A DNA stretch of 64,000 bases from Mobula hypostoma. Lineage: Eukaryota. A program made the position numbers and the translations under genes. Position 1 is the first letter of the stretch. Every line of letters begins with the position of its first letter. The stretch is taken from assembly GCF_963921235.1 (NCBI RefSeq), contig NC_086097.1, positions 229,092,001 through 229,156,000 of the forward strand, given 5' to 3'. The notes under the pieces are model-generated. The model was not told the origin of the DNA. It made no database searches and worked only from the letters and a program-made list of their open reading frames with translations. This document shows, piece after piece, positions 1 to 13,004 of the stretch.

Positions 1-63
1 AACAATTTCTTCCCCACTACCATCAGGTTCTTGAACTGAGCCCCAACACCATCTTGAAGCATA

Positions 64-66
<3 letters not shown>

Positions 67-104
<38 letters not shown>
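67..104. repeat. (TC)n microsatellite
   Basis: Direct reading. Confidence 0.95.
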
Positions 105-107
<3 letters not shown>

Positions 108-394
108 TTACATGAATGTTCTTGTTTATTTTGTTGAGTCAGTTAGATATAATTTATGGTAATTTGCTTATGGTAACTTTTGTTTGCTATGTGAGACTTA
201 GACTATTGACAGCATGTACTGTAAAGTGTCAGAGAGTTACTGTCAATATCATTATGGCGGGTAATGGCACATATCAAAAACTCCATTCCTCCCACACTGG
301 ACACTCGCCAATATGCTTATTGACAGAACCGTTTTACGATTGACGCCATAGCATCTGTTGTGCACCTGGCCCTGACGCACCTAGAAAACTTCAC

Positions 395-742
395 TCTTCC
401 TTCTTATTCTATTCCTCACTCTGGCCCTTTACCTCTTCTCACCTGCCTATACTTCCCTTTCTTCTATTGTCCATTCTCCTCCTCTATCAGATTCCTTCCT
501 CTCCAGCCCTTTACCCTTCCCACCCACCTGGCTTCACCCATCACTTTCTCGCTAGCCTCCTTCCCCTCCTCCCACCTTTTTATTCTGGTGTCCTTCCCTT
601 TCCATTTCAGTCCTGATGAAGAGTCTCGGCCAAAAGTCTCGACTGTTTTATTCATTTCCATAGATGCTACCTGACCCGCTGAGTTATTCCAGCATTTTGT
701 GTGATGCTTCAGATTTCCAGCATCAGCAGAATTTCATGTTTA
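395..742 (+). mobile_element. PLE 3' fragment with degenerate hammerhead (608-645)
   Basis: Pyrimidine-rich 3'UTR, then cagtcctgatgaagagtctcggcc...gactg, then the family tail ...ccagcatcagcaga. Confidence 0.8.
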
Positions 743-1390
743 CACTTAGCATACGTCAGAATGCTGTTCCTGGATTTTAGTTCAGCATTCAACACTATTT
801 TACCCACAGACCTTGGTGAACAAGCTCCTACCCCTCGGTCTAAATACATCACTGTGCAAATGGGTGTTGGACTTCCTAACCAACACACCTCAGAGAATCA
901 GGGTGCACAGCTGCCCCTCTCTCCCCATCATGCTGAGCACAAGTGCCCCGCAGGGCTGCGTGCTGAGCTGAACGCTGAACATTTCGCTCACACACGACTG
1001 CAGGGCCAACTATCCGAGTAATCACATTGTCAAGTTCGCCGGTGACACGGCAATGGTGGGGCTCATCACCAACAATGATGAGATGGCTTCCAGAGAGGAG
1101 GTGGAAGAACTTGACACCTGGCGCCCAGCACCGCAGTGGAAACTGCAAACAGGTTCACACTTCCGGAAGTGCACACCTCTCATGGTCCCAGAACACATTT
1201 TTTGCACAATCAGGAAAACTCATCAATGCTTCTACTTTCTGAGGAGGCTGAAAGGAGCTGGACTGTGCACAACTCTACTCACATCATTCTACAGATGTGC
1301 AGTAGAGACCATCCCAACAAGCTGCATCATTGCATAGTACCGAAACCGCACTACACTGGACAGGAAGGCTCGACAACAGTCATTCAAAAC

Positions 1391-2157
1391 CACTTGCTGC
1401 GCGTGGTGGTGGTAGAATTGGTTGAAACAGGGCCGCGATGTGAACGCTTCTACCTTGCGAGCCAGTGCACTTGCTCTTTGCTATTCCACTGCCGAATACG
1501 CCTGCCCTGCATGGGAAAGATCTACTCCTGCTAAGAAGATGGATGCCGTTCTGAATGCAAGCTGCCGACTTATCACAGGTTGTTTAAAACCAACGAACAC
1601 CAATGGCCTGTATATCCAGGCGGGTATTGCTCCCCCGATACAAGAAGAATGGTAGCTAGTAAGAAGGAATGACTCCGTCAAACATCAGATGAGAGGCACC
1701 CTCTAAATGGTCATACACCTACACCCAGCCGCCTAAAGTCAAGGAAGAGCTTCATGAACAGTGTTGTTCCATTACAATCAATCCCATCTGAAGCCCGCAT
1801 CGCCTTGTGGAAAGACTGGCTCGCCAGTCTCAAACAACCCCCAATGATGGAAATTCCACCAGATGAAAGCCTTCCCCCAGGAACTAATTGCAACTGGGCA
1901 ACCTGGAAGTGCCTTAACAGACTTAGGACTGGTGTAGGTTGTTCAAAGGTGTCACTAAGCAAATGGGGATATACAACCAGCCCGACAACTTGTGAATGTG
2001 GAACCGAGCCACAAACTATGCAACATCTCCTGCAATGCCCATCGCTAGAGGAACCTTGTACTGTTGCAGATCTTGCCGAATTCAACAACAAGGCACAAAA
2101 ATGTGTCCAGTTCTGGCTGGGCCATATATAGACTGCCCATGGACACGATAAGAAGAA
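1391..2157 (+). mobile_element. Vingi/Ingi-like non-LTR retrotransposon 3' fragment inserted in Rex1 remnant
   Basis: LRASALALCYSTAEYACPAWERS, WKCLNRLRTGVG and a CECG...H..C zinc knuckle. Tail GGACACGATAAGAAGAA. TSD tt(c/g)aaaac at 1383-1390 and 2158-2165. Confidence 0.8.
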
Positions 2158-2516
2158 TTGAAAACTGCTCAATGAATCACCAGCACCAGCCTACTCACCA
2201 TCAAGGACATACTGTATCGACAGAAAAGGGCCAGTAACATGATGAAGGATTGCACCCACCCTGCTCATGGACTGTTTGTCCCACTCCCATCAGAAAGGAC
2301 ACAATGTAGCATCCACACTGGGACCACCAATCTCAAAGCAGTAACACGGATTAATACCTGCACCTACTAACCCACCCCACCATACCCACAACCACCACTA
2401 CTTTATCATTATCATAATGATAATAAATATCATTATTTGTCAGTTACCTTATGCATAGAAATTCCTGTGCTTAGCATCACTTTATGGGCATAAAATCGAA
2501 CTATGTATATAACCTA

Positions 2517-3091
2517 TCATAGTCATAGTCATACTTTATTGATCCCGGGAGAAATTGGTTTTCGTTACAGTTGCACCATAAGTAATTAAATAGTAATAAA
2601 ACCATAAATAATTAAATAGTAATATGTAAATTATGCCAGGAAATAAATCCAGGACCAGCCTATTGGCTCAGGGTGTCTGACCCTCCAAGGGAGGAGTTTG
2701 ATGGCCACAGGCAGGAATGACTTTCTATGACGCTCTGTGTTGCATCTCGGTGGAATGAGTCTCTGGCTGAATGTACTCCTGTGCCCAACCAGTACTTTAT
2801 GTAGTGGATGGGAGACATTGTCCAAGATGGCATGCAACTTGGACAGCATCCTCTTTTCAGACACCACCATCAGAGTCCAGGTCCATCCCCACAACATCAC
2901 TGGCCTTACGAATGAGTTTGTTGATTCTGTTGGTGTCTGCTACCTTCAGCCTGCTGCCCCAGCATACAACAGTAAACATGATCGCACTGGCCGCCACAGA
3001 CTCGCAGAACATCCTCAGCATCGTCCGGCAGATGTTAAAGGACCTCAGTCTCCTCAGGAAATAGAGACAGCTCAGACCCTTCTTGTAGACT
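2517..3091 (-). mobile_element. Rex1/Babar 3' fragment
   Basis: SHPLH...RCNTERHRKSFLPVAIKL, with tail AATAAAG(TATGAC)n. Near identical to 7431-7918. Confidence 0.85.
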
Positions 3092-3509
3092 AGGTACTTA
3101 TAACTTATTGTATTTGTTAACTATTACTGTGTTCTTTATTTCATGTGTTTTTTTTTTGTGCTGTAACAGATCCGGAGTAACGATAATTTTGTTCCCCTTT
3201 ACACCTGTGTACCGGATATTAAAGAATCTTGAATTATCTATGTGAATTTTGTCAATTCCAAAGGTAGGATAAACAAAGCAATATCAGTCACCCCTCCCAA
3301 GCAAAATTCCAGCATTATGAATCCCTAATAATACATTTTGTATCACTGGGCAGGCCACATCGTTCACAAGCCTGACACCACACTCAGGAAGCAGATACTC
3401 TTTGAGATAGAAACAGAAAATACTGTTGATACTCAGCAGGCCAGGCAGCACCCAGGCAAAAAGATCATTTTATTAGAATGAGGTTCTGATCTGTCAAAGG
3501 TAAGGATTT

Positions 3510-4127
3510 CACCTGGCCCCTGAACACCCTGATCAAAAAGGCGCAACAGCGCCCTTATTTCCTGTGGAGCATCAAGAAAGTTTACCTCTGTCCCAGGATA
3601 CTGACGGACTTTTACCGCCGTACCATTGAGAGCATACTCACCAACTGCATCTCAGTGTGGTATGGCAATTGTCCCATATTGGACCACAAAGCATTCCAGT
3701 GGGTGGTGAAAACTGCCCAGCGTGATTATCGGCACCCAATTGCCCACCATTGAGAACATCTACAATAAACACTGCCTGGGCAGGGCGAAGAGCATTATCA
3801 AGGATGCATGTCACCCTAACCATGGACTTCTTACTCTCCTCCCATCTGGTAGGTGCTACAGGAGCCTCCACTCCCGCACCAGCAGGCACAGGAAGAGCTT
3901 CTTCCCTGAGGCTGTGACCCTGCTGAATCTCACATCACAGCGCTAAGCATTATTGCACCCATATTGTACTGTCTCAGTACTTTTATATTTGTGTGCTGTA
4001 GCACTTACTTTTCATTCACAGTTATTTTGTAAATAATACTATTCTTTGCATTTCTGGTTACTGCATTTCATTGGCTTTGTATCTGTACTCGGCACCATGA
4101 CAGTAAAGTTGAATCTAATCTAATCTA
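3510..4127 (+). mobile_element. Rex1/Babar 3' fragment
   Basis: IIKDACHPNHGLLTLLPSGRCYRS, ending in a (ATCTA)n tail. Confidence 0.8.
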
Positions 4128-6984
4128 AAGAAATAAAGGATAGGGTACTTTGGGACCAGAAATTATTTGGGGTACTAGCTCATGGGGATAAAATAGCCCA
4201 AAACACTTGATTCACTTTCGTAATTTAAAACATAATTTCCCTAAGATTCTAGGAACAGAAAAACAAATACTTTGGAGAAAAAAAAGCAAGCTCATGCAGT
4301 ATATAAAATCTATCAATATAAAATGATTTTATTTTAGAGAAGTCCAAATTGTGCACTTTAAACATTTTTTTATAAATAAATGAATCTGTAATATTGAAAA
4401 ACATGAAAAACAAACAGCTCTGGATAAATTGCCCCAAGAAGTAAGTATATTAAAAGCAGAAATTAAGAATAATATGTATAACTCAATGCATTGTAAACCA
4501 ATGTTTTAGCTCAATATTTGACATTAATCTAAATTACATTTTGACAAAGCAAGTCAACAGAGAATGCTTTGATCTTAACCCAAGTACTAAATTATCTCTT
4601 CAAGACTTTGAGGTCAAAGAACAATGTTCAGCCTCAATTATGGAGCATGAGGCAAGATGAAAGGACCACATTACTTCTGAAAAATCCATCAGAGGGACGA
4701 CCAAATTAACTGACCAAAACCACTTCTTCCAACCGATCGACTAAAATGTGCTCAAGTAAACCACAAGTGTCTTTGATTTGTAAAGCAGTGACAGAACTGT
4801 GATGCACTTCTGTCTCTGAAAATGCTAAATTTCACCCCACCCAAAAACATTGGAAAGTGAATGAAGTTTGCATTCTATACCAGAAAGTCTTAAACATAAG
4901 CAATTTAAAACAAAATATGAAAAATATTATATTTTTCAATTTTGTGAATGTACAACTGCTCCTCAGTTTAACAAGTACAAGAATAACTTGTGTGTGTGTA
5001 AAATAATGAGGGTTTGTTTAAGAAAGAATAAACAAAAGACAACATTATTGTTGCAAAACGGATGCCCACTGAACTTTAGGATATACTCTAGATAATGCAG
5101 GCTGGTTACGTGTCAAATTACCCTGTGGCAGAAGCAACAGGATTTTACAACCTTCAGCGGTGAAAATCTGCAATCACATTAATACAAGTCCTTTCCCTTT
5201 CATCAACCCTGACCATCCACAAACTCTGGGAAAGGTGGCAGATCTTGTGGCCCTTCCTGCAATTATGGGTTTAAGTACAGTGAATCACTATGAAGTTGCT
5301 TGTCTGACAGGTACCTTCAACATAATTGCAATGCTATTTTGTTGTTCCAGGATTCTCCCTCTTTCCCCAAACAGGTAGGTTAAGCCACTGGCAATGCTGA
5401 ACACATGCACACACCCAAAAGGCATAAAGCCACAAGAATTCCCACAGCCAAAGCTAAAAACATTAACAGCCTTTGGCACTCAACCAATGTCAAATCCAGT
5501 TAGTAAAAAAGTCAGATTAACGACCTGAGTTTAAACCATTAAAAAAAGATTGAAAATCGTTAACTGGTTTTCAAAATGCTTGCTCTTTGACTTCCCAGCA
5601 TCACCAACCCTTTGTCAATTTCTAGTAACACAACTAGCACTTAAAAGAAAGTATGACTATTGTAAAGAAAACCACAAGGTACATTTTTAAAGAGATGATG
5701 ATTACCAGATGTCAAAGGAGTTTTCATATTGCAGCTGTGACTACATAATTACCTGTTTGCGTTATTGCAAACCACAGTTTAGATATAATAGTATAGCTAA
5801 CAATGCTGTGAAAGGCATTTGGTCTGCAACCACACTTTCCAAATATTCTTTCAATCATAGGTCCAACCCTGGGAACATTACAAGCTGAGACATAGGTCAA
5901 TAAGAAACATTGGTGAACACAATAGCCATTGCCTCAAACAGCGCTGTTGACAGACACAAGCACAAAGGCAGTGAATAGAGTCCCCCTCAGTTCTCACACA
6001 CAGCGAAGAATGAGTCAGTGTATTGCTGCTTTGGTGCTCTGTTTGTACAGTGTATACAGCTTTTGTCTGCAGCCACTGTTCTCTACTGAATGAGGACTAA
6101 ACAGTCTAGGAAGTGCACTCATAGAAAAGCCTTTTACTCCCACCTCCAGCCAGGACAACGTTCAGTGCGTGTGATAGGCCAGCAAAGAAGTCTAAAGTCA
6201 TCTCCTGAAGTATAAAACCACATTTACTTACTTGAATTAGCAACATGCATTAATTTGAATCCTTCAGTTCAATTGGAGATTATAACCCTTTCTTTCCTCC
6301 TTATTCGAACGTTAGACAAGAATGTGCAGTATTCAAAAGTAGAATACAGTCCTTATTTTAAGAATGTTGACGTCAGGAAAATTTTACAATGTATTAAATA
6401 GCAAAGTCTCTAAAAGTGATTTTATACTAATTAATCAAACAATATTAAAAAGAATAGTAAATTATGGTAGGAAAAGTTCAGGGTTGCCTGTGGAAAAACA
6501 AAATCCCACAAGCATTTTCACGGAAACGTTCAATTCTGTGACATGGGCCATCAGGGGAGCAGAGGCTAGATTGTCAGTAAATACTAGTAATGGTGATTAG
6601 CACCGTTCTCAGCAGACCCAGAGGAGAGGCACCAGAATCAAATACAACAGAACCAATCTCGAACAGCAAAACTACTTGGTGCGAAAAAGAGCTGTCACTT
6701 AAGTGATTTTAACTGTTTGAAAAGAAGTTCCAAAGCACTTGGTAGGGATTTACCAGGGAGAGAAGAGGAGTGAGGCGTGCGTGGAGAAGACCAGGAGCTA
6801 AAAGTGTCCAGATACGGAATTCTGGAGTACAAGGCCTATGTGACTAAGCGAAGAATAAACAAAATATTTTAGAAGCTGGTTAGAGCATCAGAGAATTTAG
6901 AGTGTAATTTCTGGGGTTAGAGACGATTTAAAGCTAGATGGTTTTTGGATCATAAAGACATCAAGGAACATAGGAAAAAATTTA

Positions 6985-7165
6985 AACGTGAGAAATTCTG
7001 GAGATGCAGGACATCCAAAGCAGCAACAAACACAAAATCCTGGAGAAACTCAGCAGGTCAGGCAGCATCTATAAAAATGAATGAACAGTCAAGGTTTTGG
7101 GCCGAGATCCTTCTTCTGGACTGGAAAGGAAGGTGGGAGGGGGTGGGGTAGATGACAGAAATAAA
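6985..7165 (-). mobile_element. PLE 3' fragment, degenerate hammerhead
   Basis: Reverse complement of the same terminal-repeat family (actcagcaggtcaggcagcatcta...gggccgagatccttc). Confidence 0.75.
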
Positions 7166-7430
7166 ATATACCCACTTAACACCTTGAATCTGTTATGACT
7201 TTTAACAAGTTCATGGCTGACAAGCATCTACCATTCAAACTATGTACATTTTTTAACTTCAGTAGTGACTGGCATAATTTTTAGACTACGAACCTGAATC
7301 TTATGCTCACCAGCCAACATAGATTACTTCTTTCTCCCAACTCCATCAGTCCTCTTTATATATTCTTTAAACAATCAATAAATCTTAACCTTCCATTCAA
7401 AAAAAGACAATAATACATGTGAGATTGTCT

Positions 7431-7918
7431 TTATAGTCATAGTCATACTTTATTGATCCAGGGGGAAATTGGTTTTCGTTACAGTTGCACCATAAATAAT
7501 AAATAGTAATAGAACCATAAATAGTTAAATAGTAATATGTAAATTATGAAATAAGTCCAGGACCAGCCTATTGGTTCAGGGTGTCTGACCTTCCAAGGGA
7601 GGAGTTGTAAAGTTTGATGGCCACAGGCAGGAATGACTTCCTATGACGCTCTGTGTTGCATCTCAGTGGAATGAGTCTCTGGCTGAATGTACTCCTGTGC
7701 CCACCCAGTACATTATGTAGTGGATGGGAGACATTGTCCAAGATGGCATGCAACTTGGACAGCATCCTCCTTTCAGACACCACCGTCAGAGAGTCCAGTT
7801 CCATCCCCACAACATCACTGGCCTTACAAATGAGTTTGTTGATTCTGTTGGTGTCTGCTACCCTCAGCCTGCTGCCCCAGCACACAACAGCAAACATGAT
7901 AGCACTGGCCACCACAGA
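7431..7918 (-). mobile_element. Rex1/Babar 3' fragment (same subfamily as 2517-3091)
   Basis: VASAIMFAVVCWG...RKSFLPVAIKLYN with the same tail. Confidence 0.85.
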
Positions 7919-8290
7919 GCAAAAGCTGAACATGAGGAATCTGAAGGTTTTGGGCAGCCAGGTGAGTGATGATGGATTAGAAGGGTTTGGCATTTGTTAT
8001 GATACAGCCAAGAGAGTTTTGTTATGTAATATGGAGGAAACTATTGTAAGGAACTTGAAAATATTTGATTCTGGATTTTGCCTTTTTGATTTAAACATCC
8101 TAATTCTGAAATCTAGACAATTAATTCACACAATTGCTTATTTTTATAACATTTTTCACCTAGTTTATTTGCCACTTGGGAGCTGAAATTTTTAATATTC
8201 AGCAGGTGTTTTAATTTTATAATGTAATTCTCTGTTAAAGACCTCATAGTGGAAAGACATATGCAAATACATTAAATCTTATTTAGGTTA

Positions 8291-8600
8291 GTGGGCACAT
8301 GGCCAAGTGGTTAAGGCATTGGACTAGCCACCTGAAGGTCCTGAGTTCAAGCCTCAGCCGAGGGAACATGTTGCGTCCTTGAGCAAGGCACTTAATCACA
8401 CATTGCTCTGCGACGACACTGGTGCCGAGCTGTATGGGCCCTAATGCCCTTCCCTTGGACAACATTGGTGTCATGGAGAGGGGAGACTTGCAGCATGGGC
8501 AACTGCTGGTCTTCCATACAACCTTGCCCAGGCCTGCACCCTGGAGAGTGAAGACTTTCCAGGTGCAGATCCATGGTCTCGCAAGACTAATGGATGCCTA
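8291..8600 (+). mobile_element. tRNA-derived SINE (family A)
   Basis: A box TGGCCAAGTGG and B box GAGTTCAAGCC. 11-bp TSD TATTTAGGTTA (8280-8290, 8601-8611). Second copy at 34319. Confidence 0.9.
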
Positions 8601-8809
8601 TATTTAGGTTACAGGACATGTTATTGTTCATCATTTCTAAGAAAGACAATGATACATGTGAAATTGTCTTTAAACCTGAACATGAGAACTTTGAAGTTGT
8701 TTTGGTGTAGCCAGGTGAGAGGATAATGCCAATCAACTTATAAAAACAAACTGCTGTGGTTTGCACCTTCTATAAATTAATTGCAGAAATTGCAGAGTTG
8801 TGAACATAG

Positions 8810-9540
8810 ATAGAGATAGATATGTTCTTCATTAGCCAGGGCATCAAAAGGTATGGGGAGAAGGCAGGGGAGTGGGGATGACTGGAAGAATTGGATCAGC
8901 CCATGACTGAATGGCGGAGCAGACTCAATGGGCCAAATGGCCTACTTCTGCTCCTATATCTTATGGTCTTATGGTGAGCACAGTGCAGTCCAGCATGCAA
9001 TCCACAGTCATAGAAAAATACAGCACAGAAACAGCCCATCTAGCCTGTGCCGAGCCATTCAAACTGCCTACTCTCATTACCTGCACCAGGACCATAGCCC
9101 ACCATATTCTTACTGTCCATGTAGCTATCTCAACTCCTCTTAAATGCTGAAATCAAACTCGCATGCACCATTTACACTGGCAGCTTGTTCCACATTCTCA
9201 TGACCCTCTGAGTGAAAAAGTTTCCCCTCATGTTCCTCGATAACTTTTCACCTTTCACCCATAACCCATGACTTCAAGTTGTAGTCCCATACAACCTCAG
9301 TGGAAAAAGCCTGTCTATACCCCTCATAATTTTGTATACCTCTATCAAATCTCCTCTCAATCTTCCAAGGAATGAAGTCCCAACCCATTCAATCTTTCCT
9401 TATAAATCAGGTCTTCCAGGCCCAGTAACATCCTTGTAAATTTTCTCTGTACTCTTTCAACCTTACTTACATCTTTCCAGTAGGTCAGTGACCAAAACTG
9501 CACACAATGCTCCAAATTAGGCCTCATCAACGTCTTACAA
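8810..9540. mobile_element. Two CR1 3' fragments (8810-8975 plus, 9005-9540 minus)
   Basis: CR1 3'UTR hallmarks (ctgctcctatatcttatggtcttatgg) and ORF2 C-terminal remnants. Confidence 0.75.
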
Positions 9541-10359
9541 AAATAAGTAAATAAACCAGCGCGCCCCTCCCCCCCCGAATGACTCCATCTACAGTTCCAT
9601 TACATTAGGAAAGCAGCTAACATAATCAAGGACCTCTGCCATCCTGGTCATTCTCTCTCCCACTGGGCAGGTGATACAAAAGCTTAAACGCAAGATTCAC
9701 CAGACTCATGGACAGATCTTATCCCACTGTTATCAGACTCCTGTACCTATGTCTCATACACTACAAGATGAAATCTTGATCTCCCAATCTATCTTATCAC
9801 AGTCCTTGCACTTTGTCTGTTGCAATGCATCTTCTCTGTACTGTAACTGTAACTGTAACATTATATTCCGTGTTAGTTTCCTCATTCAATCTCAATGGAA
9901 TTACCTGTGGCAAGATCACTCTCTGCACACAAAATAAAACTGTATCTCAGTATTTGTGACAATAATAAACTAATGTAACACTACCCGCCATCAAGACTAT
10001 TCCAACAGCTTTGCCCCAACACAGTGGGTGTTCTATCAACCAGAAGATAGTTCAAGCAGTGGTTCACCACTACCCACCCACCCAAAAGTTATTAGGGATG
10101 AGTAATAAATTATGGCTTACCAGCCACATCCACATCTTACAAATGAATTTAAAAAAAAACACAGGGCACTGATCTCATTATTTGTGACTCCTAAAGTTAT
10201 GAGGATTCATGGAAAAATTCCATAGAATTCTATTCCATGAGTAGTGCACACATTTTAAGATAAATATTTCTCCAACTAGGTTACAATAATGATGATGAAT
10301 ATGAAGCTGTAAAACTTAAGCGAAATGGCCATGAGACGGAAAATCCTGCTTTCATGACA

Positions 10360-11075
10360 GATGCACTTCAATCCGGAAAAGTGTGAAGTGATAATCTTTA
10401 AAACGTCAAATAGAGGGATCTTGGTGTCCATGTCAACTGATCCCTCAAAGTTGCTGTTCAAGTTGTTCAGGCGGTTAAGAATGTGTATGGTGTGTTGGCC
10501 TTCATTAGTTGGGGGATTGAGTTCAAGAGCCGCCAGGTAATGTTGCAGCTCTATAAAACTCTGGTTAGACCACACTTGGAATATTGTGTTCAGTTCTGAT
10601 CGTCTCATTATAGGAGGGATGTGAGGAGATTTACCAAGACCCTGCCTGGATCGGAGAGTGTGTTTTATGAGGAAAAGTTGACAGGTCTAGGACTTTCCTC
10701 TTTGGAGTGAAGGAGGATGAGAGGTGACTTGATAGAGGTGTATAAAATGATGAGAGGCATAGATAGGGTGAACAGCCAGTGCCTTTTCCCCATGACATAA
10801 GTAGCTAACACAAAAGAAAATAATTTTAAGGTGACTGGAAGAAAATAGAGGGTGTATCAGAGGTAGTTTTTTTTAAATGATAGATGCTGGAGTGGTGATG
10901 GAGGCAGATACATTGGGGGCATTAAAAAACCCTCCTAGATAGGTACATGGATGAAAGAAAAATGAGGAGCTATTTGACAGGGAAGCATTAGATTCATCTT
11001 AGAGTGAATTAAAAGTTCAGCACAACATTGTGGGCTGAGACACCTGTAGTGTGCCATACAATTCTATGTTTTATT
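10360..11075 (+). mobile_element. CR1 3' fragment
   Basis: gttagaccacacttggaatattgtgttcagttct (RPHLEYCVQF) through to the ctatgtt tail. Confidence 0.8.
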
Positions 11076-13004
11076 TTCTGTGTTTTCTAGTTTGTCATTT
11101 TCATATGGTAGTAAGCATACAAGGGATTAAGTAAGTGTATCAGTTAAAATGAATTTAATGATGCTTAGTTGTCTGCCTTGGCAAATTTGAAAGGAAAAAG
11201 TGTGGGCAGGGGTATGTGCAACAAGACAACAGGAGCAGAATGATCTGGTCCAACACTCTGGATCTGGTCAGTGCATGGATTATTCTGCAGTTCATTAAAT
11301 AAATGTATTTTCTGCAGTTTCTTAAGTACTAACTCCAACATTAAAAGAAATATATTTTCTTAAGAGATGCATTTAAGTTGGTGAAAAAAAACTTCAAAGT
11401 AGGAGATTGGTCAGAACATCAGTGGAGCAGCTAGTCTGAAGCTGACACAAAGTAAAGATGATCATCACAGGTAAAACTGCAAATGTTTATAACAATGCTT
11501 TACACTGGTATGTGTGAAACTCACCTTGGGAATGAAACGGCTGAAGTCTACAGTCTGATTCTGCTGGAGACAGGGGGAGAATCAGTGGCATGTAGAGGGA
11601 ATTTGCGGTAGAGCTGAAGATTGGGCTTAAGGATAACTTGGAAGAAATTTGGTTCATCCAAATCTGACAACCGCTTTGACATTCCTGAGCCAATAGAGGG
11701 ATTAAAAGGGAGACAGGCAACTTGATGTTGCCAGCATACGTGCAGCATTATATTGAGACAATTCATACAGTATATAAAAACAGTCAAGAAGTCATAGCTT
11801 GATGCACCCTGTCTGTCATTGAACATAGAAAAGTTAAATGAATTGAAGATAGCACCAGTGGGAGGGACAATGAGAAAAGATACAGGCGGCTGGCCTGCTT
11901 AGCCTTATTGAGATGTATGATGTAAACCAATACACCACAGTGATAATCTGCCTGGTTAGGGCTCATTCAGGACTGACATTTGGCCAAAACTGGAATGGAG
12001 AAATTGAAATAAGGGATAGTACAAGATAAATCCTGTACATTGCTGAACAGTGTAATACTCCAGTGTAGTTTTTGTGATGTTCCAGAATACAACAAATAAA
12101 GTTAGCAAAGGAAAAACATGGTGATGGAACACCTTATATAATATTGGAAAGAGCAAGTGCAACTTCTACTACCTGCATGTTTTCTTGAGAGGACATACAG
12201 CATATCTGCTAAAGTACACCCAAACAATACAGTTTAATGTCATTGTAATTATTTTATACAATAAACTCCATCCATATTTACACATTGATTTACCAGAAGT
12301 TAAATAATGTCTGTTATATACTAACACAACGTTATAGAATACAGAACTAAAACAAACCTTTAGGCCTATGTTGTCCATGTCAACCATCAAGTACCTAACT
12401 ATACTAATCTCATTTACCAGTACAATGTCTCATGCTAAATCTTGTCACACAAATTCCAAATAATAATTGAATCCTGATACTGCTGTTGGGCTATGCTGAT
12501 GCACTGTTTTAATCATAGACTTCTTTTATTCTTAATTTTCCAACTAAACAGAATGCAAATGGAAGAGCCAGAAATGCAGTTGTCTTTGTTTTATTTAGTG
12601 TCCAACCTGAAGGCTGAAAGTTTGTGTCTAATTATTAGCATCATATTAACACTATGTTTGAGAGAACCAAGAACTGAGCAATTGTAGTCTATGATTCCTA
12701 TGTAAAGAACATGAAAAACTTTCAACATGACAACTGCAGATGTGAAGCCATTCAATTCCAATTAAGAAAAAACATACATCAATTTAAACTTTATTACCTT
12801 TTAGTTACATTTTCTCATCTTATACAAATAAAGGAAAATATGCATTGATGTAGGCCTAAGTAGTGTCTTTCACCAACAATAAACATAACAACAAAGGGCA
12901 TGTTATGTTGGCACCAGAATGTGTGACAACACTTGCAGGCTGCCCCAAATATATCCTTATTATATGTGGTTCTTATATGTGCATAGTGCTACAGCATTTT
13001 AGGT

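Larger units (their letters stand above)
745..3235 (+). mobile_element. Rex1/Babar LINE remnant, interrupted by Vingi (1391-2157) and an opposite-strand Rex1 3' end (2517-3091)
   Basis: YVRMLFLDFSSAFNTI, PQGCVLS and YFLRRLK...FYRCAVE motifs. Confidence 0.8.

Noticed and set aside
116..343. YVRLRLL resembling MRPS28 exon 3
   Set aside because: Wrong strand, and no further similarity.
8291..8365. tRNA gene
   Set aside because: It is a SINE head: continues into the SINE body, is flanked by a TSD, and has no full cloverleaf.
11487..11826. Possible MRPS28 exon 3 or cassette exon (GTGAGT donor near 11524)
   Set aside because: No similarity to the expected RVRLRLLDLELTSRFLG sequence and no convincing acceptor.
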